The translations under genes and the position numbers were made by a program. From assembly GCF_006345805.1 (NCBI RefSeq), contig NC_042999.1:93682001-93746000 (forward strand): a stretch of 64,000 bases of DNA. The letters run 5' to 3'. The notes beneath the pieces are model-generated. The model had not been told where the DNA came from. It saw nothing but the letters and a program-made list of their open reading frames with translations, and made no database searches. Origin of the DNA: Octopus sinensis. Its lineage: Eukaryota. This document shows, piece by piece, positions 1 to 12,420 of the stretch (the first letter of the stretch is position 1; each line of letters opens with the position of its first letter).

Positions 1-62
1 CAGAAGGTAAAGACGGACGAATTATAATTAGTCTGGCATGCTAACAATTCTGCCAGCTCACC
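1..62 (-). mobile_element. Fragment of tRNA-headed SINE (head region), cut by the window edge
   Basis: Reverse complement reads TGAGCTGGCAGAATTGTTAGCATGCC, matching the head of the full SINE copy at 3752-3984 (GAGCTGGCAGAAACGTTAGCACGCC). Confidence 0.6.
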
Positions 63-259
63 CAATAATGTGTGTATGTATGTATGTATGCATGCATACA
101 CACGTGATTATATTAACTGTTATCTACATAGTGAATGGTGGGGGCAGAGTGGAAAACGTAGGAGGGAGTTTTTATTGATTCTAATTTGGCGAGAAAATCT
201 TAACTCTTGCTTCATGGAAGCGAGATTGAAATATATATTATGAGAAATGGAAGTGCTTT

Positions 260-720
260 TTGGTATTTGTCAAGGAGAGAAGAGGAAAGAAAGAGATGGG
301 AATGAGATTCAACGAGTCTATAAAAGCCGGGGTAGAATTGGGAGACATATCAGTAGAAATAGTTATTTCATCGTTGGTAAACGATTCTGAGCGATGTCTG
401 ATGTATTTTCCAGAGCAGCGTATGAAATTTACTGACACTTGTACATTTGTGAGTGGTTCAATTAAATATAACATATTAAATATAACATATTCAATGTGGA
501 TTATCAATAATAGTAAAATACTATCGAATATGTTTCATGTCCAATGAAGACAAATCACCTCTTGTATCTCCAAGAAGGCATATTTAGTGCTACATGTATC
601 ACTTCATTTTAATTTTATTTTACAACTTTCAGTTAGTGTCTTGTTATATTTGTATACTGCCTTCGAATGTGTAGTACAAAGACTTTGGCCGTCAATGTTA
701 TTGAAGAGTAAATACTTTAG
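260..720 (+). pseudogene. Heavily decayed LINE reverse-transcriptase relic (CR1/L2-like)
   Basis: Translation GVELGDISVEIVISSLVNDSERCL...KFTDTCTF resembles RT motifs GVPQG..LSP.LF..Y.ND and (Y/F)ADD. Many substitutions and stops; matched by eye only. Confidence 0.35.
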
Positions 721-1304
721 TAAATGCCAAATAATTAAGTCTCGTGAATTTAATATAATTTAAAACATTAAAAATGAATAAAAATATGCTAAATCTGATT
801 TCCATAGTCGCCAACGCTGTCCATAATACAATGTCTATATTTTCGAGAAAACGTTTGTAACAGGAATATAAATTAACCATGAAAGCATGACAGTTTATAA
901 TTGCAGTGATTCATCTCTACAAGAGTTCATTCTAAATATAACCGGTCGAAAAAATCTGGCGCTGCATTGAATATTACTAATAAACATAACAAATATGAAA
1001 ATCGAAAGGAGAGAAATTACATATGATATGTTTTTGCAAAGAAATCATATAAATTCTAGGACTAATTGCCAAGTTGTTATTGATCTTATCGATTCACAAA
1101 CGCCCGACAAAATTATGCTTCATCTTACTTTTAAATTACTTGGTCACATTTTCGCCATCGTGGATTTAATAAATAGATGTTTTAATGGTCATAGAATAAG
1201 CGTATTTGCATTATTCATTTAAATAAGTTAAGCATAAGTTTAATGTTATCATAATACTCTTGAATATTAGCAAGGTATTTTGATTGAGCTATATTCAAGT
1301 ATGT

Positions 1305-1450
1305 AGACGCAGTGTAATGGGATACTTAGGAGGCTTGTTCCCAACCACAATGTTTCTGTTTCGATTCCACTGCAAGACACATTGAGCAACAATTATTTTC
1401 TAAAGCCTCGTGTTGACCCTCAATGTGCAAGTGAAACTGGCTGAATGAAA
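1305..1450 (+). mobile_element. Degenerate tRNA-derived SINE
   Basis: A-box-like GCAGTGTAATGG, B-box-like TTCGATTCC, then a TTGAGCAA core like the SINE at 27255-27615. Confidence 0.45.
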
Positions 1451-1519
1451 ATATAAGGCCATGATTCAAAAACATTCAGTATAATGCGTTCAATCAATCA
1501 AGGCTATCCCTTTCACATT

Positions 1520-2457
1520 CTCTATAGATGAGGGTCCTGGAGCCATTAATGCGGAATGTGAGGTTTCAAGTGGTACCTTGCCAGAACTAAACTGGTAGGC
1601 ATCTGCGCCCGCTTATGCCGACGAGGACGGCGTGAGAGTATCGGAACTCATTCAGGTCGATAAGAACTTGAGAAAAGGGACAAGCCAGTGAGGTTATTCT
1701 TCCCCAGATGTACATCGAAAGGAAACTATATCTGAAAGTTACAGTGAAGATGGAAAAGTTCACATTGCGTCTGTCATCAAATACCTTCTGACTTCACAGC
1801 TATTCTCTGCTTCATTGGTTATCAAACAGGAGCGCTTGTGGTCTATAACATATTATGCCATAAAGTACTGGAACTCATCCCAAATGTTTTTTAAAACGTA
1901 GACTAGGGAACACACAAAGCTCAAGATTTGTGCTATAAGGTGCACTAATAAACCTGATGATATTCATGGCGTAATAGGAGAATATTGACACTCAAGAAGA
2001 GGTCCCTAAGTTAATCTCATTCAATGCTGAATTTGAATGCATGGAAGATATTAAAGGAAAATCTACCCAGTAATGTGGGAAGATCCGAGTACAAAGGCCA
2101 ACTATATGCATTTAAATTATTTCCCAAAATTGCTTCAGTATTTCATGGAGATGGAGTCACTCGATTTCAGAATTCAAAGAAAATGCAAGTAAACCATTTC
2201 GTTGTTCTTTCTTAGATTTCGACCACGTGCACTTACACACAAGTGGGGAGTGTAAATGCACGTGACTGAGATAGCTCAGGAAGCAGTGTCACCTGCTCAC
2301 TGACCACAGTTAGCAACTTTTGGATATAAACCATCGCCGAGAACAAAATTTCTAACAAGCGCATCTTAAAGTTCGTTTGTGGTGACATTGACATCGACGC
2401 ATCGCTAACTCACCCCGAAATGGTTGAGGACGCGCTGGCTATGCGTCCTTTCCGCTA
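1520..2457 (+). pseudogene. Possible decayed non-LTR retrotransposon ORF1 (Tx1-like)
   Basis: Higher-GC, non-repetitive stretch with long stop-poor segments in shifting frames (FIGYQTGALVVYNILCHKVLELIPNVF; ends KFVCGDIDIDASLTHPEMVEDALAMRPFR*). Family assignment is a guess. Confidence 0.3.
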
Positions 2458-2819
2458 ATCATGTTTATACCTGTAATTATACTAATATTTAACAAAGTGT
2501 CATGTTAGGTGAAATTTGCAATGGTAAAACAACTGTGGTAAGTGTGGTTGTGAAAGGTATTTTGCTCTATTCTGTAGTCTGTCTCTGTTAAGCTGTCTGT
2601 GTTGGCTTGTGTATGTCCAGAGAGAAAATATAGGTGAAGTAACAAATAATTACCCAATAATAATAGCAATTGTTACTTTTGTGATTTTGCTCATTTGCCG
2701 TGAGCTTTAATTGCCACTTAAACGCAATTATCATAGCATAAATCTATCTAATGGCTATGATATCTATGATTTTAGATTAATTCCTACTTATAGTGTAGAA
2801 TTATATTCATATACGTGGG

Positions 2820-2945
2820 TGGGAGTGTGCCTATGTGTGTGCATGTTTGTGTGTATGAGTGTCCGTGTGTGTGAAAGAGAGAGAAAGAGTGTGTGTGTGT
2901 GCGCGCAAATACACACACACACATATATATATATATGCATTCATA
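2820..2945. repeat. Compound microsatellite (GT)n/(GA)n/(AC)n/(AT)n
   Basis: Directly visible. Confidence 0.9.
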
Positions 2946-3319
2946 TACATATTTCTTGCATCACCACTAGTTTCATCCGCCATCGAAGTTGCTGAAGTAC
3001 TTATAAAATGAATCTCTGACTAAATATCCAGGGTTAAATATTTATTTGGACACGAACATATAATGTTTGTAAAATCAGAGAAACATGGCATTGACTAATG
3101 TCATTAATTTCGTTATTGCAAGTTTCTTTGTTGTTGGCGTTTCAATTGTTTGTGACTAAATTTCTTATTACTTTGCATGCAGGTGTTCAATGGTATGTAA
3201 TGCATAGTGTAAGCAGATTATTTTCCTATATTAATAGTTACCCGATCTTTTGTATTTACTTCGTAGTCTATTGGAGAGTATATTGGTAAGTAGGAGCAAA
3301 TATATATTTTGCTTATACC

Positions 3320-3555
3320 GAATGATATGCTAAGTACTTCCATATTTCCTGTTGCCGTGCAAATAGAAATTGATTTCAAATATTGGCACCAGACAGAGAA
3401 TTTCAGGAGGAGGATAAAACCGATTACATTGACCTAAGTGCTGAACTAGTACTTGTATTATCGACCCCGGGGGTAAAAGGTAAATTTGACTTCGGTGGAA
3501 TTTGAACCTAAAAGATAAAGACGGATACAATGCTGCTCAACATTTTGCTTGGCCT
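3320..3555 (-). mobile_element. tRNA-headed SINE, diverged copy
   Basis: Diverged blocks (TATCGACCCC, AAAGGTAAATTTGACTTCGGTGGAATTTGAAC) homologous to the adjacent copies. Confidence 0.65.
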
Positions 3556-3569
3556 GATAATGATTCTTA

Positions 3570-3751
3570 TTTCTTTATTACCCACAAGGAGCCAAACATA
3601 GAGGGGACAAACAAGGACCGACAGACGGATTAAGTCGATTATATCGACCTCAGTGCGTAACTGGTACTTATTTAATCGACCCTGAAAGGATGAAAGGCAA
3701 AGTCGACCTCGGCGGAATGTGATCTCAGAACGTAGCGACAGACGAAATACC
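3570..3751 (-). mobile_element. SINE copy lacking the head, abutting the full copy
   Basis: Closely similar to 3752-3940 (GGACAAACAAGGA...GTCGACCTCGGCGGAAT...CAGAACGTAGCG...GACGAAATACC). Confidence 0.85.
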
Positions 3752-3984
3752 TATTTTTTTACTACCCACAAGGGGCTAAACACAGAGAGGACAAACAAGG
3801 ACAGACAAACGGATTAATTCGATCATATCGACCCCAGTGCATAACTGGTCCTTAATTTATCGATCGCGAAAGGATGAAGAGCAAAGTCGACCTCGACGGA
3901 ATTTGAACTCAGAACGTAGCGGCAGACGAAATACCGCTAAGCATTTCGCCCGGCGTGCTAACGTTTCTGCCAGCTCGCCGCCTT
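3752..3984 (-). mobile_element. Full-length tRNA-headed SINE (Octopus-type family A)
   Basis: Minus strand begins AAGGCGGCGAGCTGGCAGAAACGTTAGCACGCCGGGCGAAATGCTTAGCGG, has B-box GAGTTCAAATTCC and an A-rich 3' end. Homologues at 1, 3320, 3570, 4470 and 31465. Confidence 0.85.
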
Positions 3985-4469
3985 CGTTCAAACATATATT
4001 AGTACTTATTTTTGCACAAAAACAGTCAATTTCCTCTTAAATATAATATTTTAATGCAACATAAAGCAAATACGTTTAGAGTAACCTACCAATTCTTTTC
4101 CATGCAAATCATCTCAGAATTACTTATTCAAATACGTTACTTTTTTTTTTATTTTCCCATATTTTATCAAGTAATCAATGCCTTCAAATATGTGCTTATC
4201 TAAAAATTTCCAGACAGCCCACAACAATAAAAGTACACAAACGTTAATTTGCTTCATAAATGTATTAACTATTTCTAGACTTCTGAGATACATGTTGCTG
4301 CATAACTCCAGGAAAACGATTTTGTTTACGTTGCTATTTTACATATTCCATCAAAACTCAGTCTAAATGTATGTGATATGAAACATTTATCTAAGAATTA
4401 ATGTCTCAATTTGGAACGATACGAAATTGGGTTTTCAATTAAACACATTCATCATGAATTATCTTTTCT

Positions 4470-4592
4470 TTTCTGCTATAGGCACAAGGCCTGATATTTG
4501 GGGGAGGAGGATAGTCTATTTTATCGATCCCAGTGCGTAACTGGTACTTATCGACTCCAAAATGATGAAAGGCAAAGTCGACCTCGGCGGAC
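4470..4592 (-). mobile_element. Partial SINE (family A, 3' part)
   Basis: CCCAGTGCGTAACTGGTACTTAT...GATGAAAGGCAAAGTCGACCTCGGCGG shared with 3570-3751. Confidence 0.75.
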
Positions 4593-5011
4593 ATCCGTCA
4601 TGAATTATGCTGCTTTTGTAGTATTATTGATAAAACTAATTTTGCTTATCATATAATATTCTCTGCAGCTGTCTCCAATCTAATGTCGTTAGTGGTGTTA
4701 TAAATATACGTATGCGTGCGCAAGATGTGTATATATAAGTGTGTGAGTGTACTCCATTGTCTGTATCAGTTTGTGGATACCTTCATACGCGAGTCTCTAT
4801 GTATTCTGCCAGTAATCATAAGGTCCTTTTTCTCTTTTGCATACCTGTATGGAAACAGACAAATGCGTAAAAAGAATAGAACATAATACCAGTGTACGCG
4901 GATTATATTCTGCTTACGCAAACTGACATTTCATACTCGTGCACGCAGTCTTAAGACAATAGAAAAGTTTCCCCTCGTTAATACTTGCATACGTACTTGA
5001 ATACACATATT

Positions 5012-5720
5012 CATACATACATACATGATGGCTGCCCCCTCGTTACCGAGTATGGCCATTGCACGAGGCTTAACTGTTAACGGTGCTGTGATCGAATGTT
5101 ACTTTTTAGCCCGGCTAAAGATCTACAATGTCTTGAACAGAATTGGCAGCTAAAATCTTTACTGGCAATAGCCAGCTTTAATTGTAATTGGGGCTTCATC
5201 TACCTTTGCATGTCGTTTAATTCCTCCCACTGAGTCATACACCCTTCCACATTCCCGACAGATATGATTAGTATGGTGTGTAGCACCACCACCAGCAGCC
5301 TGGTAGTCAATCATCGGTCTGACTTTATGAATACGAAGAAGACTCATGAGCCCAGCTTTACTGAGGCAGGATCTTGCACAGACACTGCATGTTAGCGTTA
5401 TAGAAAAACCTTTACCGTCTGGAAGTGCAACAGCGATGCCCGTCTTGACATTCATCCTTCCCTCCTCATGCGCAACTTGAGATTTCTTGAAAGTAGCTGT
5501 TCCCTCATGCACAAACCTTCTCCACCTGCTAAGGTCAATAGCTATGCCCTCTCATGTGTCAGGAGAGATGCTAGCATCTTTCAAGGAAGCCTTGAGCAAG
5601 TCTTTATACCTCTTTGTTGGTTTATGTGAATGTCGTTCTCCTTTAGCTAACTCTCCATAAAAGAGTTGTTTGGCATCCTTGTGTTGATTTTCTTGAGTTC
5701 TTTCAGTATTTCTTCATTTA
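5012..5720 (-). mobile_element. 3' end of RTE-clade LINE (ORF C-terminus with two C2H2-like motifs, 3' UTR, TATG tail)
   Basis: Translation KQLFYGELAKGERHSHKPTKRYKDLLKASLK...RWRRFVHEG is the typical RTE post-RT segment, followed by CSVC...LLRIH and CREC...IKRH. Ends in (TATG)3. One in-frame stop at a Trp position. Confidence 0.8.
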
Positions 5721-6375
5721 TGGTAGTGATTGTGTCTGTTTTTGTCGGCATTTTCTTATCTCGTGTGGGTTAATGATACGTAGAAGATTGAAAAAGGAAC
5801 ACACGAGTTGATACATATGAAAATAAGTCAAGGGAGAAAATGCTAAAATAATTTTATAAAAATCCTTTCAGCACCGGTTTCAGTTATTGAGTTTTTTTCA
5901 ACTCTAAGGAAAACAATTAAATTTTGGAAAAATTAAAAGAAATTTTTTTTTAAATGAGTATTTGCATAGTATTCAAATACAAGGGGCATTTTCCTTGTTT
6001 CTGCCTGTCTTTGTCTCTCTTGTTTGAAGAGGAGGAGGAGGAGAAGAAGATGAATGCGTGAGTGCCATGATAGTAGTAGGATGTTAAATGGTCAAGTGCC
6101 CTGAAACAGACTTCTTGTGGATGGTTGTAATGCTTGAATTCTTGAGACATCTCTTTTGAATGTATTGTTTATAGTATTTGCGTAGGTGTTATTCTAAACA
6201 GCAATAGTAATAAAGTAAGGAAAGAAGGAGGCGGAGAGGAAGAAGACGAAGAAGAAGAAAGAGAAAGAGAAGAGAGACTAATAAGAGAATGCGGGTTGCA
6301 TGATAGTTGTAGGATGTTAAATGGTCAAGCGACCTAAAATTGGTTCGTTATGGATTATAGCAGTGATTGGGTCAG

Positions 6376-6412
<37 letters not shown>

Positions 6413-9400
6413 TATAGATATATCGTTATTCGATGGTAAATTATATAAATAAATTGGGCACACAAAGAGTAAGACGTGCAAGCATGCATTTATATATATA
6501 TATATATCAAAGCAAGTGGAAAACGAAACCAAGGCAGGATGAGTATCTTAGGTAATTTAGAATATTTAATTAGAGTAAGGTGAATCAAAAACGAAGCATT
6601 TTCTAATTAACTTTTATAAATGTTCTGAGATATTCGTCCTGCGCTGGTTTTGTATTCCTTTTCCTTTAATATCTACCTGCAGATTCAGAAGCCTACTACG
6701 AATCCCTAGCTCCGGTTTCAGCTTTCGCCTTGGAACCGAACAGCTGACCAGTTATAGCACTTACGCAGCGTACATATTGGTTTAGATCATAAGGGAACTA
6801 AACCCGTTATATGTATGTGTGTATGTGTGATGTGCGTGCGTAATTGTGTATGTCTGTGTTTTTGTGTACAATGTATTTCTATAATTTATCATCGAATATT
6901 CTCGTCTGGAGCAAAGCATATATTTTCAAAGTCCTCATGTCTCATTTTTTGGTAATCTATTGAATGCTTAGTAGCATATGAAAGCATTTATGGCCGAAAT
7001 TTTGTTGTAAGCCGTATAGAAACCTATCAAATGATGGTTGCATGATTGGTATTTATATGAATTTAGCATTTACTTTTCGCCTTTTTTCTTTGCATAATCG
7101 GCAGTATTAATTATTCTTATTCTATCTATTCATTTACTTTTGTTTTGTTTTGTTTATTTTTTTCTGTTTAAGCAATTTTAAATTCTACTATGTCAGAAAT
7201 TTTGAGCTGTTTCTACAAAGAATAAATATTTTAATTGTAAACCTGCAAAACGGAAATCATATACCTATTCCATTTATTGAATATCAGTGATGCGGGATGA
7301 TTACATATTGACTCGCTTCAGTTGCATGAGATCAGTTTTATCACCACTGATAATTAAGTGGGAAAAATAAAATCTCGGAATTGTCAAAGAGAAAATGTAC
7401 TTTTGTCGAAAACATCACGAGGTACTTTACATAGAGGGCTAAATATTGCATTATATGATCTAGTATATATAAATCGCAATTTGAGTGTGTATAATGACTA
7501 ACGCATACATTTCCACAATTTTCAACCGATTTTTTCCAAACATTACACACCCATTAGTTATGTACACCGGATAGTCATGCACCGTAATATTTCCCCCAAA
7601 CTCCCGCGTAAATGGACATAAATGGAAATAGTTTTTGTATGTAGGGTCTTCCATAATTTTTTAATCTTTGAATAAAAGTGAAAGGATTTTGTCTATTCTA
7701 TTTTCTACTTGCGCGGTGACCCAATCAGGAAACAGGGATTTGGAAGCTATAATTTTGTTTTCATGTAAATAAATGTTTATGTTAATTTAAAAGATTTGTC
7801 GAAAAACTCTTATTTAGCTGCTATTCTTAGCACAACACGCGTTGTGTGACCGGTAATCCTCTTTCATGTAAATAAATGTTTATATTAGTTTAAAAGATTT
7901 TTTCAAATTCCTAGTATGTACATAGCTTTTTGTATGTAGGGCCTTCCATTAGACAATATTTTTGATTGATTAAGTTGACTAGGAACACTATATCCGATGA
8001 ATATCCGACACCAAATAATCTTAATCTCCATATTTAAGCTGCATTAACCTTTGGCAAGCTTACCTTTAACTACTCTCAGTTACCTGAAAGGTCATGTTTC
8101 ATTTCTTCTCTTCTATTTGTTAATGCATTTCTTTACCTATCAATGCGTTGATTCACTTTAAGGATGCTTATTTACGCTTTCATTATGATATTTCGACTGT
8201 TGTCCATTGTTTCAAATACGTTTTAGTATTGAGGTTCTACCCCTTTTAAAACAATAACATATGATTCGTCCCAAGAACCTTTAAATAACAGTTTTGCTAT
8301 CACTAGCGAAAGCTGCATACCAATATCACTTTATGCGGCATTCGCTGTTACTTTATGCACAGTGATGTTCTATTAAAAGAAAGTATACTGCTGTAGGTAC
8401 CACTTTTGTTTATATTGTTAGCAGTGAGGTAAATAACCGCTACTACCAGCTCCAAGACCACCAGATCCTTTGATTCCGACTTTCATTGATCATATTAGTG
8501 ATGGACACTTGACAGTAATGACTCATCTCCTCGCCATATAGAATGCCTATGCTTCAACGGGCGCTGCTGTCGTGATTAGCCACTTAGCTTGTTTATATAT
8601 ATATAGGGAGAGATAGACAGATATATAGATAGATTCAGATGATTATGGTACTTATGTTGAGACACCAGAATTTAGTACGGTATTAACCATACAATTTCAA
8701 AGTAAGTTGATTAAAATCAAAATAAGCAACAAGAATATCCAGAGGTAATACAGTACGCTCGTTCACGCAACTCCATTTAATTGAACAATGCAACCATTAC
8801 ATCAAATTAAATGCAGAGCAATCCTCAGCTGCACAAGACATAGAATTTAATTAAATGAAAACATAGATACATTTGTGTAATTTTGCCTAAAATATCCAAG
8901 AAGTTAAGGGTATGGACAAAGAACATGCTGCCTTTCCTTCCTGAAGCTACTAAGTTATCGGGAAGAAAGACTTGTTACAGATTTTGCTTGTCACTTTTAT
9001 ATGGGGTCAGTTTTAATTTATAGGCTAGTTTTATAAAAACCTTGTATATATCTAAGGCCGGGTCTATTAGGGGTAATATTAGTTTCCTTCGTCTGATGGC
9101 TGATACTCGTTTTAAATTACTTTGAACTACGGCCATGACTAGTTTGGTCGCTTATTGTGTTCAAATATAAATACTAAAACGAAAAAACAATGGTAATATA
9201 TTTAAACTGATTATTAAACTGTTGTTTCCAAAAACAAAAATACTTGTGCCTCACTATCTTTCTTGTGTTTAACATTCTGCATTCTTAGCTCTGTCATTTT
9301 TTACGTTTACAGATCGTTGATGGTCGAACTCTGTACCAATGCTATCAAACTCAACATCCTGGGAATGCCTACAAATATTTCTGTTTTCCTACACTTAATA

Positions 9401-9649
9401 ATTAATATAAAAATTGTGCTATTATTTTCTTGAATAATGTTTACATCAATTATTATCATCAATATTTTTATAAAACATAATTAACGTAATTATGTTATTT
9501 AAATACATTTCCATTATAATTATTTTTCGAATTATTTACTAATTATTGTATCATTTGATTAGGCAGCAAACTAGTTTAGATGGAGAAAGTCACAGCTAAT
9601 CAAGAGACTTCTCCGCAATCTGATCGATATCAGATGGATAGAAAGAAAC

Positions 9650-10500
9650 AATATGACTCTAAATAGATATAGTGAAGATGCAAATTACTGATTCGTAGTA
9701 TTACCTTTAACACCTTTAATAGTAACTGCTTCCTTAGCTAGACACAAATCTCTCAATAGTAAAGAGACAATGAATGGGCTAAATGAAATATATATTATTT
9801 GTAGTTCACACTTCTCAAATTTATATTTAAACGATGCATACTGAGATGTCGAACTATGCTTACTGTGATGTCGAACCGTATTTATTATTGTGATATTTTC
9901 AGGCCGCTGCTCCGTTATTTTTATTAATACTTTGACTTCTGAACTTCTATTTATCATTTATCAAAGAATCATCCTCACAGCACTGGAAATTTAAGGTAAT
10001 TTACTAGATATAATTTTAACAATAATCAACACCAATACCGCAAATACTGGTTGGATTTCAATACAGAAAATCCTAGATTGTTGGTAATAAATATTATATA
10101 TATATGTTTATTCATTTCAAATAAAGACCAACACACTCAATTATCATATCTGTCATTTCATTTACCGAATTGTAATCAGAGCATGGTTTTAGAATCGCTG
10201 AGAACGATTAGTGAATACTGATCTAGGTACCGAACAATCTTTGTTTTTAATTTGCACATAAAATACAGGGTGGCAATCAATTGTTCTGTTTTAATATGCT
10301 TCATTATGAGAGCTGATTTCATAAATGTGGAATACATTGATCACGATCTATTCAGATTCCCTATGGTGTCATTGTCCAGTACAATACCAACACCACCACT
10401 GTGGTTACTGTAGACATCTTCGTTGTACTCACTGTGTTAATCTACCTTGATCTCAAAGATATTCTGTTTCCAAAACGATCTTAAGCTTGTGACAGACGTA
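9650..10500 (-). pseudogene. Old LINE apurinic-type endonuclease relic (RTE-like)
   Basis: YSNHSGGVGIVL (10381-10410) and SLIVLSDSK (about 10190-10211) match APE motifs GGVGI and LIVLGDFN in the expected order and spacing. Many stops. Confidence 0.4.
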
Positions 10501-11083
10501 AGGAAAGCATTTGTTGCAATGGGTATTATGTCTCGATCATTCATCCATTTTGTTTGTATTAAGATTTCCTATAACATCCAACTACTTCATTTTAATATCA
10601 CAGAAACTTGTACGTGCACACGCTGGTTGTTTTCGAGTATCTTTCAGGAATGCAACTGTAACAGTGATTCTTTTTTACCTTTTTAAATTTTGCATTATCA
10701 ATTAGTTCAATTTTACCTAACTAGGAGTACTCATCACTGGGTTATTTGCAATGCATATTAGAAAACGGCTTGCCATATTCATTCATATTTTAGAAAGAAT
10801 TCTCGTAACCATTGAAAATCAGCAATATCAAGGATTGCATATATTCACGGGACAATTGTATGTTATACACATCTATGTCCCTAACGTATATCATACACAT
10901 ATATGTGTATGTTTTACGTATGTCAAGTATATATATATATATGCCCTTAAAAAGTTAATAGAAAATGTAGTGATACAGGTGCTAAGAGAGTTAAAGTATG
11001 GCCTAGCTCACTAGAAATATGTCTACGCAGCCAAAGCAGTATGGAGATGAGCAATAATTTATTATGACTCGATCTTTCTTCTT

Positions 11084-11179
11084 TCTTCCTCTTTCTTCTT
11101 CTTCTTCTTCTTCTTCTTCTTCTTCTTCTTCTTCTTCTTCTTCTTCTTCTTCTTTTTACTCTTCCTCATCATCATCATT

Positions 11180-11238
<59 letters not shown>

Positions 11239-11240
11239 TA
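11084..11240. repeat. Compound trinucleotide repeat (CTT)n then (CAT)n
   Basis: Directly visible; explains the poly-S/M/K ORFs. Confidence 0.95.
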
Positions 11241-11349
11241 TCAACGACAAAAACAACGACATCAGCAATAACATATCCAGATATCCCAGAATCCTATGCT
11301 TTAAAGTTAAATGATTTTGTCTGCAGATACAACTGATAGTTAGACCTCT

Positions 11350-12420
11350 GATATGAACCACAGAGACGTCAGTTTGATGCAATGATGCATTGCCATTTCA
11401 GCCAGGTTTTTGCTGTGATCGATATAACAACCATTTACGATAAAACGAAATAACGAACGTAATTGCTTACAACCAAGCAGTTCATAGTGTAATGACTGTT
11501 TTAACCTCCAAAATATTGTAAAGCCATTTAACAAACCGATATATAATTATAGGCTTTCCGATGCAAAACATTATTAAGTTAAAGGTCATTTGTTCTTCAG
11601 AAACAAACATAGTTCGTTAAAACGTAGTAAGTACAATCAGAGATCATCTGTGAATTATCAAATATATGCAGAGACGGAATGCTGCTGTCTTTATTGCAAT
11701 TAGCGAATTTGATAAAATCGCAGATTACGGAATCATATTCTCCATTCTTTCTAAAATGTTGGATAGATTCCAGAGATAGATTTCAGACGTTTGTCAGATG
11801 TTGAATGTATTCCGCTGAGAATATTACAACAAATCGTATTATAGGTTTTCATTTGCTGTTTCTTATCTTTAGCTTCTACGACATAACCTAAAATAAAGAT
11901 CCCTGTGATATGATTAAACAGCAAATTTTGGGTGGAACAAAAATTTATTAAATCTTTGGGAACAAATAACACATGCTCAAACATACCAGATGTGAATTCT
12001 TTTATACATGGGCCAATATTTATTAAGGTATAGGGTCACACACACACAAACACACACATACATACGTCTGTTTTTGAGAGACAAAAGCATCCATGTACTT
12101 CTCTTTACTAGCTTTTTATTTTCACAGATGAACGGATTAGTTCATCTTTACGCAGTGAATTGAATGCGATTAGAGATTGCAAAAATAAGTACACGGGATA
12201 AAAGCGATGGTGTTTCTGTCGATAGCTAAGTCGTATTTCACCAAGGAAATAATATTCATCAATGTTCATGGGCATTACCTTTCCTCCTATGAATATAACA
12301 TTGTGATATAACTTAGAAGATGTACATAACAGCAACACATGAATCACTAAGCAAACTGGGCGGCAAGCTAGGACATGAGGGAAATGCCATTGGTCACAGT
12401 GATAAAATCTAATCATTTTT
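11350..12420 (+). pseudogene. Decayed LINE RT relic
   Basis: NAAVFIAISEFDKIADYGIIFSILSKM resembles RT motif (F.D..KAFD.V...L...L). Interrupted by (CA)n near 12040; many stops. Confidence 0.4.

Noticed and set aside
786-1222. 7TM receptor or Cys-loop receptor pseudogene (SIFSRKRL; FSPFDFHIC on the opposite strand)
   Set aside because: Motifs are short, the spacing is too compressed, stops are frequent, and the adjacent sequence looks like LINE RT.
9740-9763. GPCR TM3-like motif FTIERFVS on minus
   Set aside because: The frame is full of stops, and the surrounding region is better explained as a LINE endonuclease relic.
11062-11382. Poly-Met/Lys and poly-Ser ORFs; likewise the poly-IY/HT/CV/T ORFs across the track
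   Set aside because: They are translations of microsatellites.
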